This document shows positions 62,121 through 64,000 of a stretch of 64,000 bases of DNA, piece by piece. Each line of letters starts with the position of its first letter. Within the stretch, counting starts at the first letter, position 1. The position numbers and the translations under genes are program-made. Location: the NCBI GenBank assembly GCA_014729775.1, contig WJJJ01000031.1, positions 7,074-71,073 of the forward strand, in the 5' to 3' direction. Source of the DNA: Candidatus Omnitrophota bacterium. Lineage in GTDB: Bacteria; Omnitrophota; Gorgyraeia; Duberdicusellales; 4484-171. Under the pieces are notes generated by a model. The model was not told the origin of the DNA. It did not search any database and saw nothing but the letters and a program-made list of their open reading frames with translations.

Positions 62121-62888
62121 TCAATAGGGACTGAGGTCAGTGGACGGCATCTGTTCCGAAGAGGGATGGATCATTTCATCGTAATTTTGAAGCACGAATT
62201 CATAGTTTTCGCTCTCCAGCGTCAACGAGAAATAGAGATCCCGCCACTGCCCGTCGTTGTTATTGTTGGTAGCGATTACGTAGCCGTTGGGGATTTTCCG
62301 TGCGCGCCATTCATGGGGTTGATTTTCGGTGGTAATGGTCTTTCCGGTCGTGGAACTCATTTTCAAACTGAGCACATTGATTGCGGGTTTGGGGGCAAAT
62401 CCCAGCGCGGCGAGGTCGATCTCCTGATGTCCCCAGCCAACCGCGCCGCGGTTACAGCCGAGTCTGATGTCGTCCGATCCCGGCACGCGGGCGTAGACGC
62501 AGTCGGTATTTTTTACCCATACGCCGTCGTAGCCCGGACAGTCGCCGCTTTTTTTCCCGCAGCAGCACGGCCCGTCCGACCGACAGCAGAGATCGTTGAA
62601 GGTAATCATGAGTGGTTGAGGAGCGTACTTTTTGATTGCTTTGATCCCGTCGCGGGGAGTATTGATGCGCATATTGGTAGCCAGAGGGTCGGTGGGATCG
62701 ACCAGTTCGATCCCGTAGGTAGTGCCGTCTGTATGGATTCGTAAAGGGGAATTCGATTCGTCGGCGGGACGTACGGCGACAGGTACTTTTTCCCCGTCAT
62801 CGTACACACGAAGCCCTCTATCCAGATCTTGGGCGTAGAGAACCGGCAGGCAAAAGATGAGCAGAATTCCACATGCTAGTTTTTTCAT
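62121..62888 (-). CDS. secreted cysteine-rich protein (hypothetical)
   Basis: Start MKKLACGILLIFCLPVLYAQD has a signal peptide. Cys cluster CCRSDGPCCCGKKSGDC. The upstream ORF-track extension is rejected. Confidence 0.5.
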   Translation of the reverse strand: MKKLACGILLIFCLPVLYAQDLDRGLRVYDDGEKVPVAVRPADESNSPLRIHTDGTTYGIELVDPTDPLATNMRINTPRDGIKAIKKYAPQPLMITFNDLCCRSDGPCCCGKKSGDCPGYDGVWVKNTDCVYARVPGSDDIRLGCNRGAVGWGHQEIDLAALGFAPKPAINVLSLKMSSTTGKTITTENQPHEWRARKIPNGYVIATNNNNDGQWRDLYFSLTLESENYEFVLQNYDEMIHPSSEQMPSTDLSPY

Positions 62889-62917
62889 CACTCCGGTTAA
62901 TTCGAAAAGAAGACAAA

Positions 62918-63033
62918 GGGGGCACCGACCTACTCTCCCACAACCTTGCGGATGCAGTATCATCGGCCCTGGAGGACTTAACTACCGTATTCGGAATGGG
63001 AACGGGTGTGGCCCCTCCGGTATAAGCACCCCC
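62918..63033 (-). rRNA. rrf: 5S ribosomal RNA
   Basis: Minus strand contains CCCGTTCCCATTCCGAATACGGTAGTTAAG ... GCCGATGATACTG ... GGGAGAGTAGGTCGGTGCC, with pairing 5' and 3' ends. Confidence 0.85.
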
Positions 63034-63171
63034 ATTGTGTATTCAAAAAATGCAAAGAACCTGATCCCGGATCCTTTCTCCGCGCGCACATTTCCAGGAT
63101 CGCGTGTCTTTTCCAATGAAGACCTCCGGGAACCCACGCGGCGCGTGGGTTCCCGGATAAAAACAAAAGGG

Positions 63172-64000
<829 letters not shown>

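Overview
Overview: bacterial chromosomal window of roughly 55% GC. The core is a roughly 40-kb co-directional minus-strand array (~11.5–51.1 kb) running tRNA-Glu / tRNA-fMet / tRNA-Thr – rpmG – tRNA-Trp – secE – nusG – rplKAJL – rpoBC – rpsLG – fusA – tuf – S10/spc/alpha ribosomal-protein operons, followed without a break by an aspC – leuC-like – pilT – leuD-like – IDH – MDH – Lpd-like – GlcD-like – Nudix cluster.

Flanking regions: at the low end, argC (partial), thyX, suhB-like, smpB, an AEC transporter, tRNA-Leu, tRNA-Ser, a CPBP protease, an M48 lipoprotein peptidase, pyrE and a Na/Pi cotransporter + PhoU-like pair. At the high end, groESL preceded by a CIRCE element, coaX, uvrB, nadC, valS and three secreted proteins. 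The window ends in 5S rRNA and a partial 23S rRNA on the minus strand.

Negative results: no CRISPR array, transposase, integrase or obvious mobile element was seen, and no clearly novel multi-gene system.

Most notable local oddities:
- two paralogous secreted proteins sharing an N-terminal peptide motif and an upstream DNA motif;
- ribosomal protein L3 with a ~105-aa acidic low-complexity insertion;
- L24 with a C-terminal 4-Cys extension;
- pilT embedded in a leuCD / IDH / MDH metabolic cluster;
- a promoter-driven ~170-nt leader upstream of tRNA-Leu that repeats the tRNA 5' end;
- an orphan plus-strand intrinsic terminator in the tRNA/groEL spacer.

Coordinates of manually derived starts, tRNAs and regulatory sites may be off by 1–2 nt.
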